From: the human T2T-CHM13v2.0 reference genome, Homo sapiens | NCBI RefSeq assembly: GCF_009914755.1 | Contig: NC_060944.1 | Direction: 5' to 3' (one strand) | DNA length: 64,000 nucleotides | Shown: piece after piece, positions 13,665 through 29,123 of the stretch | How positions within the stretch are numbered: position 1 is the first letter of the stretch | Layout of the letters: each line of letters opens with the position of its first letter | Program-made: the position numbers and the translations under genes | The notes under the pieces: generated by a model | Told to the model about the DNA's origin: nothing | Database searches by the model: none | Seen by the model: only the letters and a program-made list of their open reading frames with translations

Positions 13665-14471
13665 CAAAAGAAGACATTTATGCAGCCAAAAAACACATGA
13701 AAAAATGCTCACCATCACTGGCCATCAGAGAAATGCAAATCAAAACCACAATGAGATACCATCTCACACCAGTTAGAATGGCAATCATTAAAAAGTCAGG
13801 AAACAACAGGTGCTGGAGAGGATGTGGAGAAACAGGAACACTTTTACACTGTTGGTGGGACTGTAAACTAGTTCAACCGTTGTGGAAGTCAGTGTGGCGA
13901 TTCCTCAGGGATCTAGAACTAGAAATACCATTTGACCCAGCCATCCCATTACTGGGTATATACCCAAAGGACTATAAATCATGCTGCTATAAAGACACAT
14001 GCACACGTATGTTTATTGCGGCATTATTCACAATAGCAAAGACTTGGAACCAACCCAAATGTCCAACAATGATAGACTGGATTAAGAAAATGTGGCACAT
14101 ATACACCATGGAATACTATGCAGCCATAAAAAATGATGAGTTCATGTCCTTTGTGGGGACATGGATGCAATTGGAAATCATCATTCTCAGTAAACTATCA
14201 CAAGAACAAAAAACCAAACACCACATATTCTCGCTCATAGGTGGGAATTGAACAATGAGAACACATGGACACAGGAAGGGGAATATCACACTCTGGGGAC
14301 TGTTGTGGGGTGGGGGAGGGGGGAGGGATAGCATTGGGAGATATACCTAATGCTAGATGACGAGTTAGTGGGTGCAGCGCACCAGCATGGCACATGTATA
14401 CATATGTAACTAACCTGCACATTGTGCACATGTACCCTAAAACTTAAAGTGTAATAATAATTAAAAAAAAA
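13665..14471 (+). mobile_element. 5'-truncated young L1 (L1PA2-like) with 3' UTR and poly(A)
   Basis: Close to L1HS/PA2 3' end; 'gatgacGAGttag' rather than Ta ACA or pre-Ta ACG; G-rich tract ~14307-14328; A tail. Confidence 0.92.
13697..14251 (+). pseudogene. Uninterrupted C-terminal 184 aa of L1 ORF2p (cysteine-rich CCHC region), no EN/RT domains
   Basis: ORF track: ...[18 protein letters not shown]...FSLIGGN, the known ORF2p C-terminus. Confidence 0.93.
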
Positions 14472-14914
14472 CAAAAGAGCTGTACAGGGAATCTAGGCTG
14501 GCATAGTGTGAGAAACAAAACACACATGGCAGCTCTTTTTGCCATCCACAACAAAATACTAACAATTGAGCCTATAATCAGCTAAATCCAAAGGCAACAT
14601 AATGTTCTTCCCCATCTTTTACTTGTGCAGTTGTGTTTTGGATCCAGATTAAAGACCTTAAATTTAGTACTATTAAGTTTATTGTTTGTAGGTTTGACTG
14701 AGCTCCGTAAAATTTTTTGGATCTTAATTCTATCACTTAACAGTCACAATTTTCCCCAATTTCATGTCATGCATACATTTGGCCATCACAACTTGAATGT
14801 TTTTACTACACTGTTGTAAAAATGTTGACCCAGATCAGATTAAAGCCTCAATATCCCCTCTAGGTAGAGACTCGTGTATGATGTGGCATTGACTAGGTCT
14901 GCTGTTAGGAATAC

Positions 14915-15265
<351 letters not shown>

Positions 15266-15949
15266 TGAAGTCAACACACATTGTATTTATGATTTTTTTA
15301 GCCAGAGAAGAATTAAATCAGTTAACATGAATTTGACTTATAAATCCACCTGTGTGTTAATCAAAGGGCTCCATGGATAGCCACACCCAGTCATCATTTA
15401 TCATCTCCATTTATTCCTCACTGGGGTCATTTGAAGATTCTGACTCAGAATTACATCCTTGATACCTTGCTAACAGTCAAGTTAAGCTATTATGGAATTG
15501 TGCCTATTTTCATGAATATTTGGGCAGCCTCTTTTCCTAAAGCTTATAATAAAGGCCTCTATGAACTACCATGAACTCCATGGACAGTAGGTATACAGTG
15601 TTATATTTGAGTTCCTTCCCTTTTCACCAGATGTCCAGGTAATCTGTACTTTATTTCTATAATGACATAGCATCCATCCTTTTCTCCTTTTATCTTTTGA
15701 GCATTTTCCAGGGTGCTTTCATCATCTTGGTTTTGGATTTTTATCAGAACATGTGTCCTTGAACTTGCACACAAGAAAGACTTTCAGTGATTGACACATC
15801 CAAGGCTTCTTATTTAGTTGTTCTTCAACTCAACCACATTGTCTAATAGAAACCAGCCAGGCTCTGCTGTCTGCACCATTAGGATGATTATGAAAAGAAT
15901 TTAACTAGCATTTTCCTATTTATCTTTCAAATATATAAGCTTCTACTTA

Positions 15950-16315
15950 GCAATATGAAATAACAAACCACTGCTACAGGAAAAATGTGGATAAATCTCA
16001 CAGAGATTGTGTGGAACAAATAAAACAAATGAAGTCATGTGCAAAAGACTACTTACTCTGTTGTTCTGTTTATAGGAAATTCAAGAACAAGCAAAACTAA
16101 TAAATGGTCCTGTAAGTCAGAATAGAGTTTTCCCCTGGGACTGGGAAATATTGACTGGAAGAAGCGTGAGGGAGCCTTATAGAGGCTCTATATGTTCTAT
16201 ATTTTGATCTAGGTAGTAGTTATAAGTCTGTTTACATATATAAATATTCATAAAGTTGTACATTTAATACGTGTGCATTTTACTATATGTATGTTATACC
16301 TTAATAAAGAAGAAA
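15950..16315 (+). mobile_element. Old L1M 3'-end fragment
   Basis: 'tggataaatctcaca', 'caagcaaaactaat', 'tgtgcattttactatatgtatgttataccttaataaa'. Confidence 0.65.
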
Positions 16316-16904
16316 AACTCATTTAGGTTACAAGTGAGAATCAGTTTTAGTGCAGTACTTATATGAGTATGGACTCTGGAGTCTTGGATATATAATCAGT
16401 TGATTACAATCAACATCTGAATGATTTTGGAAACTAAGTTTCCTCATCTGTAAAATGGATGATTTTCTGTGATAACTGTACATTTTTACTTTTTGTATAA
16501 GGCATAATGGAGTGATGTGTGTAAGTCACTTACCATCATACCTGCCACAATACATGCAAGTTTTAGTATAATATCGTCCTGATTCAAAACATTTCCTGCT
16601 TTTTAAAACATCCTGCTGTTTAGACAGATGACTGACATTATTCAATACATCAAATGGTATGTTTTCATTAGTTATCTATTTGTGACTTGCTTAGTAATTA
16701 TAATGGCACCTGCCATTTATGTAACTCTTTATGTTTAAAAGCTAATTTATATACATTATCTAATTTAATTATTCACAACAGTGCTATAAAAATGATATTA
16801 ATTTTATCCTCATCTTGCCAACCTAGAGCCTGAGATGCAGAGACCTGAAGTAACTTACCCAAATGACATAGTCAGGAAATATTAGAGAGAGTCATAACTC
16901 AGTC

Positions 16905-17075
16905 ATTTATCTTTCCCTCTTCAAACGGAAGGGTACATTAGAGTCACCTACAGAGCTAGTTACAAGTTCCACCCCCCGTAGTGTCTGATTCAGCAGGTTT
17001 GAGGTGGGTCCTGAGATTGCTGCATTTCCCAGGCGATGCTGACACTACCGTCCTATGGACCACACTTTGAGTAGC
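16905..17075. mobile_element. MER5A DNA transposon fossil
   Basis: 'tctgattcagcaggtttgaggtggg..ctgaga...gaccacactttgagtagc'. Confidence 0.7.
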
Positions 17076-17734
17076 AAAGCTTTGCAGATGAAGAAAGCGT
17101 AAGCATCAGACCTGAGTTCTGCCTTCAAAGAGCTTGCATTTCTTTTTTCAGGAAACAGGACTGAAGTATGAAATAATAGAAGCCTCCCTAAGGTGGTTTA
17201 TATCCTGAGAACACCCTCTTTGCTGGAAAGAAAGTTTCATAGTAGAAGAGAACTTAAGAATACTCAGATTATATATAGGAGAACAAAGTATGCTTAGATA
17301 CGCTAATTTTAATGGTGTTCAATGACTTATATGCCAAAATGTTAAAATGGTGGGAGGCCCCTAAATTAATATCCTAATTCAAGTATCCTAGTCGTGTTAT
17401 TCTCACAAATTGTCATTTCATTATGTCAAGTAATATTTTAGGGTGTTTTAACCATCGTTATTTAGGTCTTTGATTGATGTGAAAATTAGTCTCAGTGCTG
17501 TAACCACAGGTTTTTGTCAGTGTAACCCTACTGAGTTCCAGCTTCTTTTTTAAAAAAAAGTACATATGTGTACCCACAACCGTTGTTACTAATTGAAATA
17601 CTTGAAGAAAAGAGAGAAAACAGTGACCAAAATTCTTATAAAAATCAAAAGCTTTCCATTTTTTCCAGCTTTGCTTTGTTTCACAGCAGCCATTTATCAG
17701 AGTTTTAACAAGTAACAAGTAACCAGTCACCTAT

Positions 17735-18815
<1,081 letters not shown>

Positions 18816-20544
18816 TGAATCACTTTTTTGTGCTCTTCTTTGTTTTGGTCTTGTTTTGTTTGATTTGGTCTTGTTTTGTTCCTTAACCTTTTGGTGACTA
18901 GTGAGTAGCTATTGGTAGAAAGTGGGTAATTACTAAACAAATTGCAATGAGAAAAAAAAGAATTAAATAGTGTGGAACACTTGCAAATATGATAACTAAG
19001 TTTTACCAATTATGAACAGGTTAATATTTGGTTTACTGTTTGGAAAATAATAATGTACAATTTACACATTGGTTCTAATACAGTATTTAATCTGTATCTT
19101 TGTGTCATATTTAATACCACCATTTTCCAAATTGTTCCATGGAATGTAATAGGTTTTATATCAAAAAGGGGTCTGTGGCTTAATAAGTCTGGAGAACCAT
19201 AGGCTCAATAAACGGGATGGAGTGTTTTAACTCAAGGGCTTCCTTGAACCTTTAATATGTAAATAGACATTGTAAGTGTTCAAAGCAAGGACTGTACATG
19301 AAAATAAAACCCTTTACTTTCCCTAATCATTTCTTTTGGGACTTGTGTTCTGTGGAACACACTCGGGGAAGCATTGCTTTAAGGATGTTAATTTTTCTTA
19401 AAGAAAGTATATTGCCCTGGAGAGCTCAGATTGTGACAACTGGACAGGTACAAAGACTGGATGAAACAGCAGCAATTGTTAAGTTACGTGTTACAAACTC
19501 AGAATTAATATGGGAAGGATCCTGACATTTTATGAAATTAAAACTAATATTAATTGAACAGAAATAGAAAAAAACCTGGGAAGACTTGAGACAGTTTGTG
19601 ATTCCTCTCAGCTAGCTGGCATGTTTATTTTGTATTACAGTGCATAATTGACCCCCTGCTAGGTGAATTGGATTTTGCAGACTCGCCTTGTTATGTATTT
19701 CAAAGAGCTCTAAATTTAATACATGCTGCTCCTCAGGGTTCAAGCTTTGAATCACCCTCCTTTTCCTGTGTTTTAGCTGGGTAAGTTTCTCTCTTTTCAA
19801 GAACAGCAACTTTTTCAATGCAGACAGTTTAATTATAAAGATCTTCTCATTTCGGTAATGTTTTAGTGAATCTCATATTTCCTCATAAATTTAGGGAGAA
19901 TGCAGCTATTTCTAAAAATAGGAATTAATAGTTGAGTTGTTACTGGCTTTTTTATTGTCCTTTCCAGAATTACAAAAAAAATAGTCTTTGGCAGTTCACA
20001 TTGCTTCAGGTTGAAAGTATGCAAAATTTTTAAACTATTCCATATTCGTAATAAGTGAAAAAATAATTATTTTTGATTTCTCCCCTAAGGTACTAGCAAT
20101 GTGTCCATTAGGAAATTTAGCTCTTATTTTTGGTGAAGTAGCAGAATTTTTGTTTCAAGGCAAATTCAGCATAGATACTTGATTGTAAAGATATTATTGT
20201 TTGCAAATCTTTGTGGAGTTTTTTGGGGGCCAAATTGAAGCATTAACTCAAAAGAATGGCCCTTTTCTTTTATTGTTATGTTCTTTTCATTTTATTTATT
20301 TGCTTTCATACATTTTCTAATTAATTTTATGTTTTTACCAATACCAGCCCCATCACTGGGGTTCTGGTGACCACTTAATTTTACTGTGAAGTAGAAGCCA
20401 GATGATGGATAAGTCAAGCCCCAATATAATAAAGCCACCTTAACTAGTTAAACTGATATTATAGAGCTTAGCTCTGACTCCAGATATACATATATACCAT
20501 TACTTTATAGAACAACTCTCTCTGGAATAGCCGTGTTCTCTTTA

Positions 20545-20671
20545 AGCCAGGTATGATGGTGCATGCCTGTAGTCCAGCTACTGGGGAGGCTGAGGTGGGA
20601 GGATTACTTGAGCCTAGGAGTTCAAGGCCAACCTGGGCAACACTGAAAAACTTTGTCTCAAAAAAAAAAAA
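20545..20671 (+). mobile_element. FLAM (free left Alu monomer)
   Basis: Single Alu monomer with A tail. Confidence 0.85.
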
Positions 20672-22114
20672 GTTATCTTCGTCATTGAGATGTTGCATTG
20701 ATCACCCAAGTATGGTGAAGAATTGAAGAGTAGCCAATTAGAGTGCTCGATTATGAAAATATGATGCAAGATAGGGACCAGGAAGGTCACCACAGTTCTT
20801 CCTGGGGCTAGTTGCTATGAAAGATAAACCCCCACATCTCAGTAGCTTAACACTATTGAAGTTTACATTGTTGTTTACAAAATGCTCTTTCTGGTGGACT
20901 GTTTCCCTTCAAGCCATGATTCACATGGCCAGCATTCTTCCATCTTGTAAACCCATCATCTACAAACAGAGACATCCAACTTACCCTGCTAGGCTGCATC
21001 AAGCCAGAAGGAGAAAGAGTATGGACGGTCACCAGTGGAAGGTTTCTGTGAATGTGACTCTAGCTCTAACTCTGTGAGCTAGAAGTCAGTCATATCACCA
21101 AACCTCATCCCAAGGGACACTGGGGCATGTAATCCAACCACATATGCTCAAGAAGATGAAATGGATTTTGGTGAACATGCAGTGATCTTGACATACACTG
21201 CTGAATATTTGCTTTTTTATATTTACAGTGTTGAAATTAATCTGACTAATGAATTGGAGTTAGTTATCTCCAAAGGAAAAAAAAATTACACATGCACGCA
21301 CACATTAATTATACATTAGTCTTAGGCTAATAATTAATATATCCACATGTTAAGTAATTTCTTTAATAAGTTCTCTTCAAATTAGTTCAAAGATGTCTTT
21401 GGCATTCCTAGAAGGCACATTTTATTGATCTGTTCTCAATTTACAAAACAAATAACTGACTCTTTATATCTCCTGAATCTCCTTTGAACATTAAACTGAG
21501 TAGCAAAGCATCACACATAGCAAGAAAATTGATTTTGACAGTCCAGCCTTGTTAGTTATCATTTCAACAGGTGCCATTAGTATCAAGACCGAGGTGCCTG
21601 CCACAGCTCTAGTGCAATAATGTGAAGTAAATATCCATCCAAGCACCCTGGCCTCTTCTCCAAAATAGAAAATGACATCATGTAATTGGTTTTGTCTGAA
21701 CTGCTCAGTGAGTGAAAATGTGTTTCAGAAGAGTTAAGGCATGATGTCATTATTCCTGAAGTGGATTCTTGCAAAGGCTGGGCACTCAGCAGCCTGAGTC
21801 TTAAAACCAGCAGCAGTACAAAAACCTGATGCAGAACCTTAACCCCATTTATATAATATGGTGAATTTTTTCTCAAATGGGAATATGGTGCATTATCTTT
21901 AAAAACAAGAAGTGATCACATGCTCCAGAACACCACTGATGCCTCTAAGAAATCTTATTGAATTAAGACAGTTAATTAATTGTCTGCAATAGTCTTGACT
22001 CTTGCCTGTCTCTCACTTGAGCATGTGTTGTAAATTAGGCAGGAATATCATTAGGGCATCCAGTTCGTTCCCATGCCCCAGTGGCAAAGAGGGGCAGGAC
22101 ATGAAGATGATTTT

Positions 22115-22600
22115 ATTTATTTAACAAATACTGATCACCTGCTATGTGCCTTGTAATGATCTTAGTGCTGGGTATATAGCCATGAATAAAATGAGATTCC
22201 TCTTTTTATACATAATAAGCAAATAAAAATACAACCCAATGGCAGGTAGAGTTTCATGCTAGGAAGAAAGATAAAGCAAAATGACATGCTAGAGGGTGAT
22301 GCGGGAGTGGCATGGACTGGAAGATGGGCTGTCAGAGTATGACATTTGAGCAGAGGCTGAAATGCTCTGAGGGAGAAAATCATAAATCATGTGGATATTT
22401 GTTGGGGAAATGATTATAGGTGTAGGGAACAGCAGGGGCAAAGTCCTTGGATCGGAGTGTGCTTGGCAAGTTTAAAGATGAGCAAACATGAATGAGGGGT
22501 AGAGTGGCAGGGATTATGGTGGAGGAGAGGCAGAAGGAGCAGAACATGCAACATGCTGGATGCTGCTGTAGGCCCTCATAAGGGACTGACTATTGAGCCA
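22115..22600 (-). mobile_element. L2 fragment
   Basis: 'tttatttaacaaatactgatcacctgctatgtgcc', 'tgacatttgagcagagg', 'gggaacagc...caaagtcc'. Confidence 0.65.
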
Positions 22601-22981
22601 TAAAGCCACTCGATTTCAGGCTTGGCATTCATGCTCTAGCACCAGAAGTGTAATGCTGGGTGGTCTATGGGCTCTGCATTTAGGCTGGGGACTAAGATGT
22701 GACATTTCTGGACCTTGGATGATTGTCAAAGGATGGGAGGTTGGTTCTGGGTTCAGAGAATGGGGAAGTACATTGCCCATTAAGAATTTTAAGAGATCTA
22801 AGTGTGACCACAATTGATGATTTTATTATCTTCACTTCAGTGATAAAATTCTTCACCCTCCTCATTCCATAATATTCTGCTGCTTTCACCTGAAGTTCGC
22901 CAGGTATGATTAAACATTGAGTAATTCAGACCAAAGCTTCCAGATATCTAGTAACAATATACACTAGTCAAAAAACAAGAT

Positions 22982-23030
22982 CACACACACAGACACACAC
23001 ACACACACACACACAGACACACACACACAC
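22982..23030. repeat. Interrupted (CA)n microsatellite
   Basis: Directly visible. Confidence 0.93.
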
Positions 23031-23285
23031 TCTTTAGTATATTTGGCAAGGAGAAATCATTGAGTGCATGAATTTATAATGGGATTGTATATTTTCAATC
23101 AAAGATCTTACATGAAAAATGTTCAATCATTAAGATAAGGGAGACATTTATGTTATGTGGTACCCAAGATATGCCAGTAAGGTTTTTTAAAATACACTTT
23201 ATTCATTTGTTCAAAAGCCATTTTGGGTGGTGGAGGCTTACTCTGTGCTACTGAAGACATAATGAAGATCAGGAGATACCCTGGC

Positions 23286-23411
23286 AGCCGAGAGCAGTGG
23301 TGCATGCCTGTAATCCCAGCTACTCAGGAGGTTGAGGTGGCAGGATTGCTTGAGCCTGTGGGTTGGAGACCAACCTGGGCAACACAGCAAGACCCTGTCT
23401 CAAAAAAATAA
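23286..23411 (+). mobile_element. FLAM (free left Alu monomer)
   Basis: Single Alu monomer with A tail. Confidence 0.85.
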
Positions 23412-25476
23412 GTGGGAAAAAAAGACAGAGATGTCCTTGCAACAAACCAGAAAGTGAGGTATAACTATTCTAATTTTACAAACAAGGTAACTGAGGCACA
23501 GAGGAGTTCAGCCTGTGTTCGGAGTCACACAGCTGGTAACATGAAGTTGAAACACAAATGTAACTTTTTTCTACACCTTGTCTTTTTAAAACCAACAACA
23601 TCTTTCAGACACTTGCACACTTTTTTTCAGATAATTGGTGTATGTAAAGGATTTCACTCCACATGGACTATTTGGTAGATATATAACATCTTAGATATAG
23701 CCAATATCTTGTATAGGAACAATGTTTGTATGAAGTAAAGAAAAACAATAGGATAATCAATGCAAGGTAGAAAGTGATAGCACACTTCTGTGATTAATAC
23801 TAGGATAACTGGTAAAGAGTATATGCTATTTTGTATTACTATTTCCATAACTTCCAATCATGCACATGGCTGCTTCTCTACAACTCTACAAAGACAGTAT
23901 CTAACACACTGTCATACACCACTGCTTCCTATCTTGTTAAAATGCCAATTCTGACGCAGGTCTGGTGTGGGACCTGAGATTCTGCATTTCTAACAGACTC
24001 CAGGGATGCAGATGTCATTGCTCTGTGCTCTTAAATGTGGAGTTTAAGGCTATTACAGTCATTTCCGGCACCAACCAAAACACTGTGTCTTGGCCCCCAC
24101 GGCTACTGGTGGTCACTTTTGCAAGAATGTTTCCTGGGAGACCTAGTAGAGCAGCTTACAGGAGTTCACAAAGACACAAAATGATGGTAGGAAGGAATAA
24201 AGAGGAGAAGTAAAAGTGTTGCAATGGATTCTGTACCTCAATCCTGAAGAAACCACAGATCAGTCACTTCCTTCTTGTTCAAGTGTGTCAAGTGTGTCAA
24301 GTGTGTCAGCCTGATTTGGCACAGCTGACTTGATGAAGCATGATCTCACACAGCAAAGCTGTTGATCACCTTGAAGAATATGTACTTTGCTCCTTGGTGT
24401 AACCTAAATTTTACCTCGCTAAAACAAAACAAAAAGAATCTAATATTCTACTCATATTATTCATTCTGGCTGGATGCTAAAGTTAATTTCCTTAAGTGCT
24501 TCAGATACTATATTAAAACTATCCTTTTATCAAATATTTTAATATAAAGCTTTTGAAAACATGCAAGAGAATTTCTTCATTAGAGCCTTCTCCAATTTTA
24601 ATGAGCACACAAATCACCTTAAAATCTTATTAAAAATATAAATTTTGACTCAGTGAGTCTGGGATAGGGATTGAAATTTTCCTTTTCTTAAAAGATCTTA
24701 GAGAAGGTGGATACAGCATCCTTGGAGCACTCTGAATAGACGGGCCTTGGAATATCTTATCTTCACTTGTATTAGGATGGCTTTTTTGTGTGTGTGATGT
24801 TCAAAATGATGAGGAAGCTATATGTTTACATATCACCAGAAGCTTAAAATGATGGAAAGGAGGCTCCCACCCCATCATATAGGCCATTGATCAAAGATTC
24901 TGCAGTCACACTATTTCCTTACCATGATGGATTATTCAAACACCAGCTGTAGGAAAAGGATTTTTTTCAGGAAACTGATGGTCCATTGTAGTTTTTCTGA
25001 AATCAGGCTGTACTTGAGGATTACTCAGCGGGTTCCAAAGAGTACAGACATTTAAGATCCACCCCAGACCAACTAAATCAGAATCTCTGGGCATGAATCT
25101 AATGAGTAGTCTCTAGACCAGCAGCACCTGCAAGCTTATGAGCCATACAGAATCGCAGGCCCCTCCAGATCTACTGAAGTACAGCTTGAAAAGATCCCCA
25201 AGCAATTCCAACGCATGTTCAATTTTGAGAGATGCTGCTAACTGGGAGGCAAAGCTGTAGAGTTGCCGCAGCAACTTAATTGTAAGGTATTAAAAGTCTC
25301 CTTTCCTATCTAATCGTTTGGATGTCTGCCAGGTATTAGGACCAAAGGAAGACGGGCAGACATGAGAACCCATCCAATGGTGGTTACATTGATTATATCC
25401 TTCCTGAGGCATCTGAAATAGTATAAAATAATAAGGAGAGAACACCAAAAATGTATCAACTTCCATGTAACTAGTG

Positions 25477-25895
25477 TGTATTAGCCCATTTTTGCTTTGT
25501 TGTAAAAGAATATCTGAAATTTAGAAATTTAGTAATTTAGAAAGAAAAGAGGTTTATTTAGTTCGTGGTTCTGCAGGCTGTACAAGCTTGGCACCAGCAT
25601 CTGGTGAAGCCTCAGGAAGCTTTCACTCATGGCAGAAGGCGAATAGGGAGCAGGTGTGTCACATAGCAAGAGAGGAAGCAAAGGAGTGGGGAGGATGTGC
25701 CAGGCTCATTTAAAGAACCAGCTCTCGCATGAACTAATTGTGCAAGAACTCACTCATCACCAGGGCGATGGCGCCAAGACAGTCATGAAAGATTTGCACC
25801 CATAATCCAAGCAGCTCCCACTAGGCCCCATCTCCAATACTGGGAATAACATTTCGGCTTAACGTTTGGATGGGACACACATCCAAACCACATCT
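25477..25895 (-). mobile_element. MST-type MaLR solo LTR
   Basis: 'tggttctgcaggctgtacaag..tggcaccagcatctg', 'gcctcaggaagctt'; perfect 5-bp TSD tagtg (25472-25476, 25896-25900). Confidence 0.88.
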
Positions 25896-28813
25896 TAGTG
25901 CTTTACATAGACTGTTCCATCTATCTCTCCTCTTTGTCATGGGTTTTGGTTGACTTTCTCCCAGAAAGTCCTCCCTGCTTGTTTCTGGCTTTAAATCTAT
26001 TGAGTAAAATTTATCTGAAGGAAATTTAATCAATAATTCAAAACAGGAACAGATTATTCATAGGGAGAGCTGTGCTCACAGTTTTGTTAATTTGCAGTGG
26101 TAGCATTCTTTATCACTGGCTGAAACTCAAGTAAAGGAGTGAAAGATCAAGTATTTGTTGAGAAACTATTTTGTGCCTAGCATCATGCTAAGGATTATGG
26201 TGACAACCGCAAAAGGTTAGTTTCATGGCACTTGTTGGAGATGCATGTATTTAACTTGCAAATAGTATACACAACTCGTGTGTTATTAAGTTATGAAATA
26301 TTGAAAAAGCATAACATGGGAGTTTAATAATGGAACACAGACAGACTGAGCAGAAAAAAAAAATTAGTGAAGGGAGGTGTCATTTTGAATTTAGGCTTCA
26401 CAGAGCCAACAGAACTTGAGTAGATTTAAGATGTGGACATTCCATTGAGAGAAAACAGCTTCAACAAAAGCAAAATATATAAATATACATATATAAATAA
26501 CACACAGATGACAGGAAACAAATAATAATGAGAGCTTACCCTTAAACATGCAGCACTATTTTATGTTTTGCATTTTTAATTTTGGGCATAGAATTTCATG
26601 TATGTTGGGGAAACTGTAGAAATTCTTCTTATTCTAATTAAGGAAGGTAGCTTTGAAAACAAGCATATTTTAAATAGTTAAAATTTTCATTATTTTTTCC
26701 TCAAAATTATAGATTGTGGTGCTTTTTTGTAATTTTTGCTAACTTCAAAATGTAAAGTTAAAGGTTTTATGAAATATCAATTCTGAAAAAAATTTTCTGC
26801 TACTAATGATCTAAAAACTGCTATGTTAAGCAGGCTCTTTTCATAGATTAAAAATGCTCAAAATTACTTTGATGTAAACTTCATTCATTATACATGTAAA
26901 AAGCTTGGTTTACATGGCTTATAAGTCAGTTTTACAGTCTGGCTGTTAAGCCTAATTCTTTAGATAATTACTATGTGAAATTTTCGTTGTCATTAATTCT
27001 TCATTGTGGCAAACTGGCATGAGTATTCTCTATTATGGAGTAATAATATTAATAAGAAGTGCACATATTCAAAATAATGTAGAATTATATGCACTATAAT
27101 TTACATATTTGTTTAATGTCTTATTTTTTATTATCAACTTTGCTTGTTTATTTGTTTTATGTCACCTGCTGTAGAATGCTAATTGGTAACAAATTATAGC
27201 ATTATAGAATAGGTGCAAGCCATCAAAGTGTACATTTTTATGTAAATATTTTATTTTTATTATAGAATGAGTAACCTAAAGATAAATGCAGTGCATTCTC
27301 AGCAATAAGATAATGCTGAAATACATTTCAGAAGATACAATATTTTTAAACCTGACAGGAAATTATAAAACATTAGCTTACATGAAATAAGTTTCATTCT
27401 ATATGAGCTTTAATACTGCAAGATCTATGTCTATTAACTGACAATGGAAAGTTTTGTGAGGAAAATGGTTGTATGCTATATCTTTGCTTCCACTAACAGG
27501 AAACATTACAGAGTCACAATTCTTAATAGACCGCAGGCTCCTTTACAACTTAGCCATCTATATTACTCACTTTTATGTCCCTAGCATTGGTGATAGATGG
27601 TGTTATTTATTCACAATTCTTTTGCTTTCCATCTTTGCCATGAGTGTAAGTGGAGTTGACAATCTACTGCATTGACTTGGCCCTGTGACTTGCTTTAGCT
27701 AGTCAAATGTTAGTGGATGTAATGACTTTACATGTGCTTGTGTGGTATGACTCCTTCTCTTGCATTTCTGCCCTTTACTATGAGAAAAATATCTTTTAGG
27801 TAGTTGACGATTTCGAAATGAAAAGGATATGAAGATCAGAACCCAACCTGTAGCATAACACAAATCTATATGCACAAAGCACGTTCCATGCAGTCATGTC
27901 TTAGTTCTGGGATTTCTAGGTATGGGATTTCCTTGAGCTGAGCACTACATGTAATAGTGATGGTGAACTATCTAGGTATCGGTTTCTAAAGGTTTTCTCA
28001 GTAGTGGGACAGTAGCTGAGAAATAAAGGAGAAATTGGCTAGGCCAGGAGACTTCTCCATCTCTAGGGTCGCCAGGTAATAGTTCAGATTACTTCAGAGA
28101 TTTAAAGGTGCAGCATTAGAACATGGTTTTCCAGGTTAGCAGGGTCAGGCAGTTACCAGAAGATTCTGCAAGCATGACTTGGTGCCTGAGTGGGTGGCGA
28201 GCCAGGGGTCCCTGTCCAATCCCCAAGCTGAACAGAGAATAAAATCCGGATTATGATTAAGCTCATATCCACCACCACAAAATGGAGAGAAAAACAACAC
28301 AGATTTGGTTAACACCCAGTGTTCAAGGAATGAGAAAAGGGATAGGAAGCAAACTTGAAGCATTGAAAAAATATGTCAGGTCCTGAAACTGGGGGGAGGA
28401 GAAGTGGGAAGGAGATGTTCTGAAGAGCGTCACTGAGAAAGGCATATTTATACCTGAATAAGTTCTCTCCAATCTGCCTGCAATTTTTAGCTAGTTTGCC
28501 TAGTGTAGCCAGATTACAGCCTTTGGGTGTGTTCTGTGTCACCAATGAGGAGGGCTCTGTAACTGTTGATGATTGCCATAGAAGGGTGGGTTTCCTGTCA
28601 AGTCCTCCAGGTACTATCCAGATGCTCCCCCAGGATCTGACAGAGGCTGGACTAAGGGAGCCTTCTGAAGAATAGAGTAGCACACAGCTTGAGAACTGCA
28701 GTGTGGACTGAACTTGAAGCTCAGCTACATGGTGTTATAAGCAGACTTACAAAACTACCTCTCAGTTTGGGCAACTGAAACTGAAAGTTTACTATTGAAT
28801 ATAGACAAATTTT

Positions 28814-29123
28814 GGCCAGGCGCTGTGGCTCATGCCCAGCACTTTGGGAGGCTGAGGCGGGCTGATCACCTGAGCTCAGGAGTTGGAGACAAGCCTGGCC
28901 AATATGGCGAAACCTGGTCTTTACCAAAAATACAAAAATTAGCTGGGCGTGGTGGTGCGTACCTGTAGTCCCACGTACTGGGGAGGCTGGGGCCAGAGAA
29001 TAAGTTGAATCGGGGAGGCAAAGGTTGCAGTGAGCCAAGAGCGCACCACTGCACTCCAGCTTGGAGTAGACAGAGCAAGACTTAATCCCCCTACCCCCCA
29101 CCCTCCCAAAAAAGAAAAAGAAA
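28814..29123 (+). mobile_element. AluS with small left-arm deletion and C-rich tail insertion
   Basis: Alu dimer; 'ctcatgcccagcac' lacks the usual ctgtaatc. Confidence 0.9.

Noticed and set aside
17140-17200. Candidate + strand splice acceptors (also ~42474 and ~57903)
   Set aside because: Pyrimidine-tract-plus-CAG motifs are common in T-rich DNA; no convincing paired donor or recognisable coding frame
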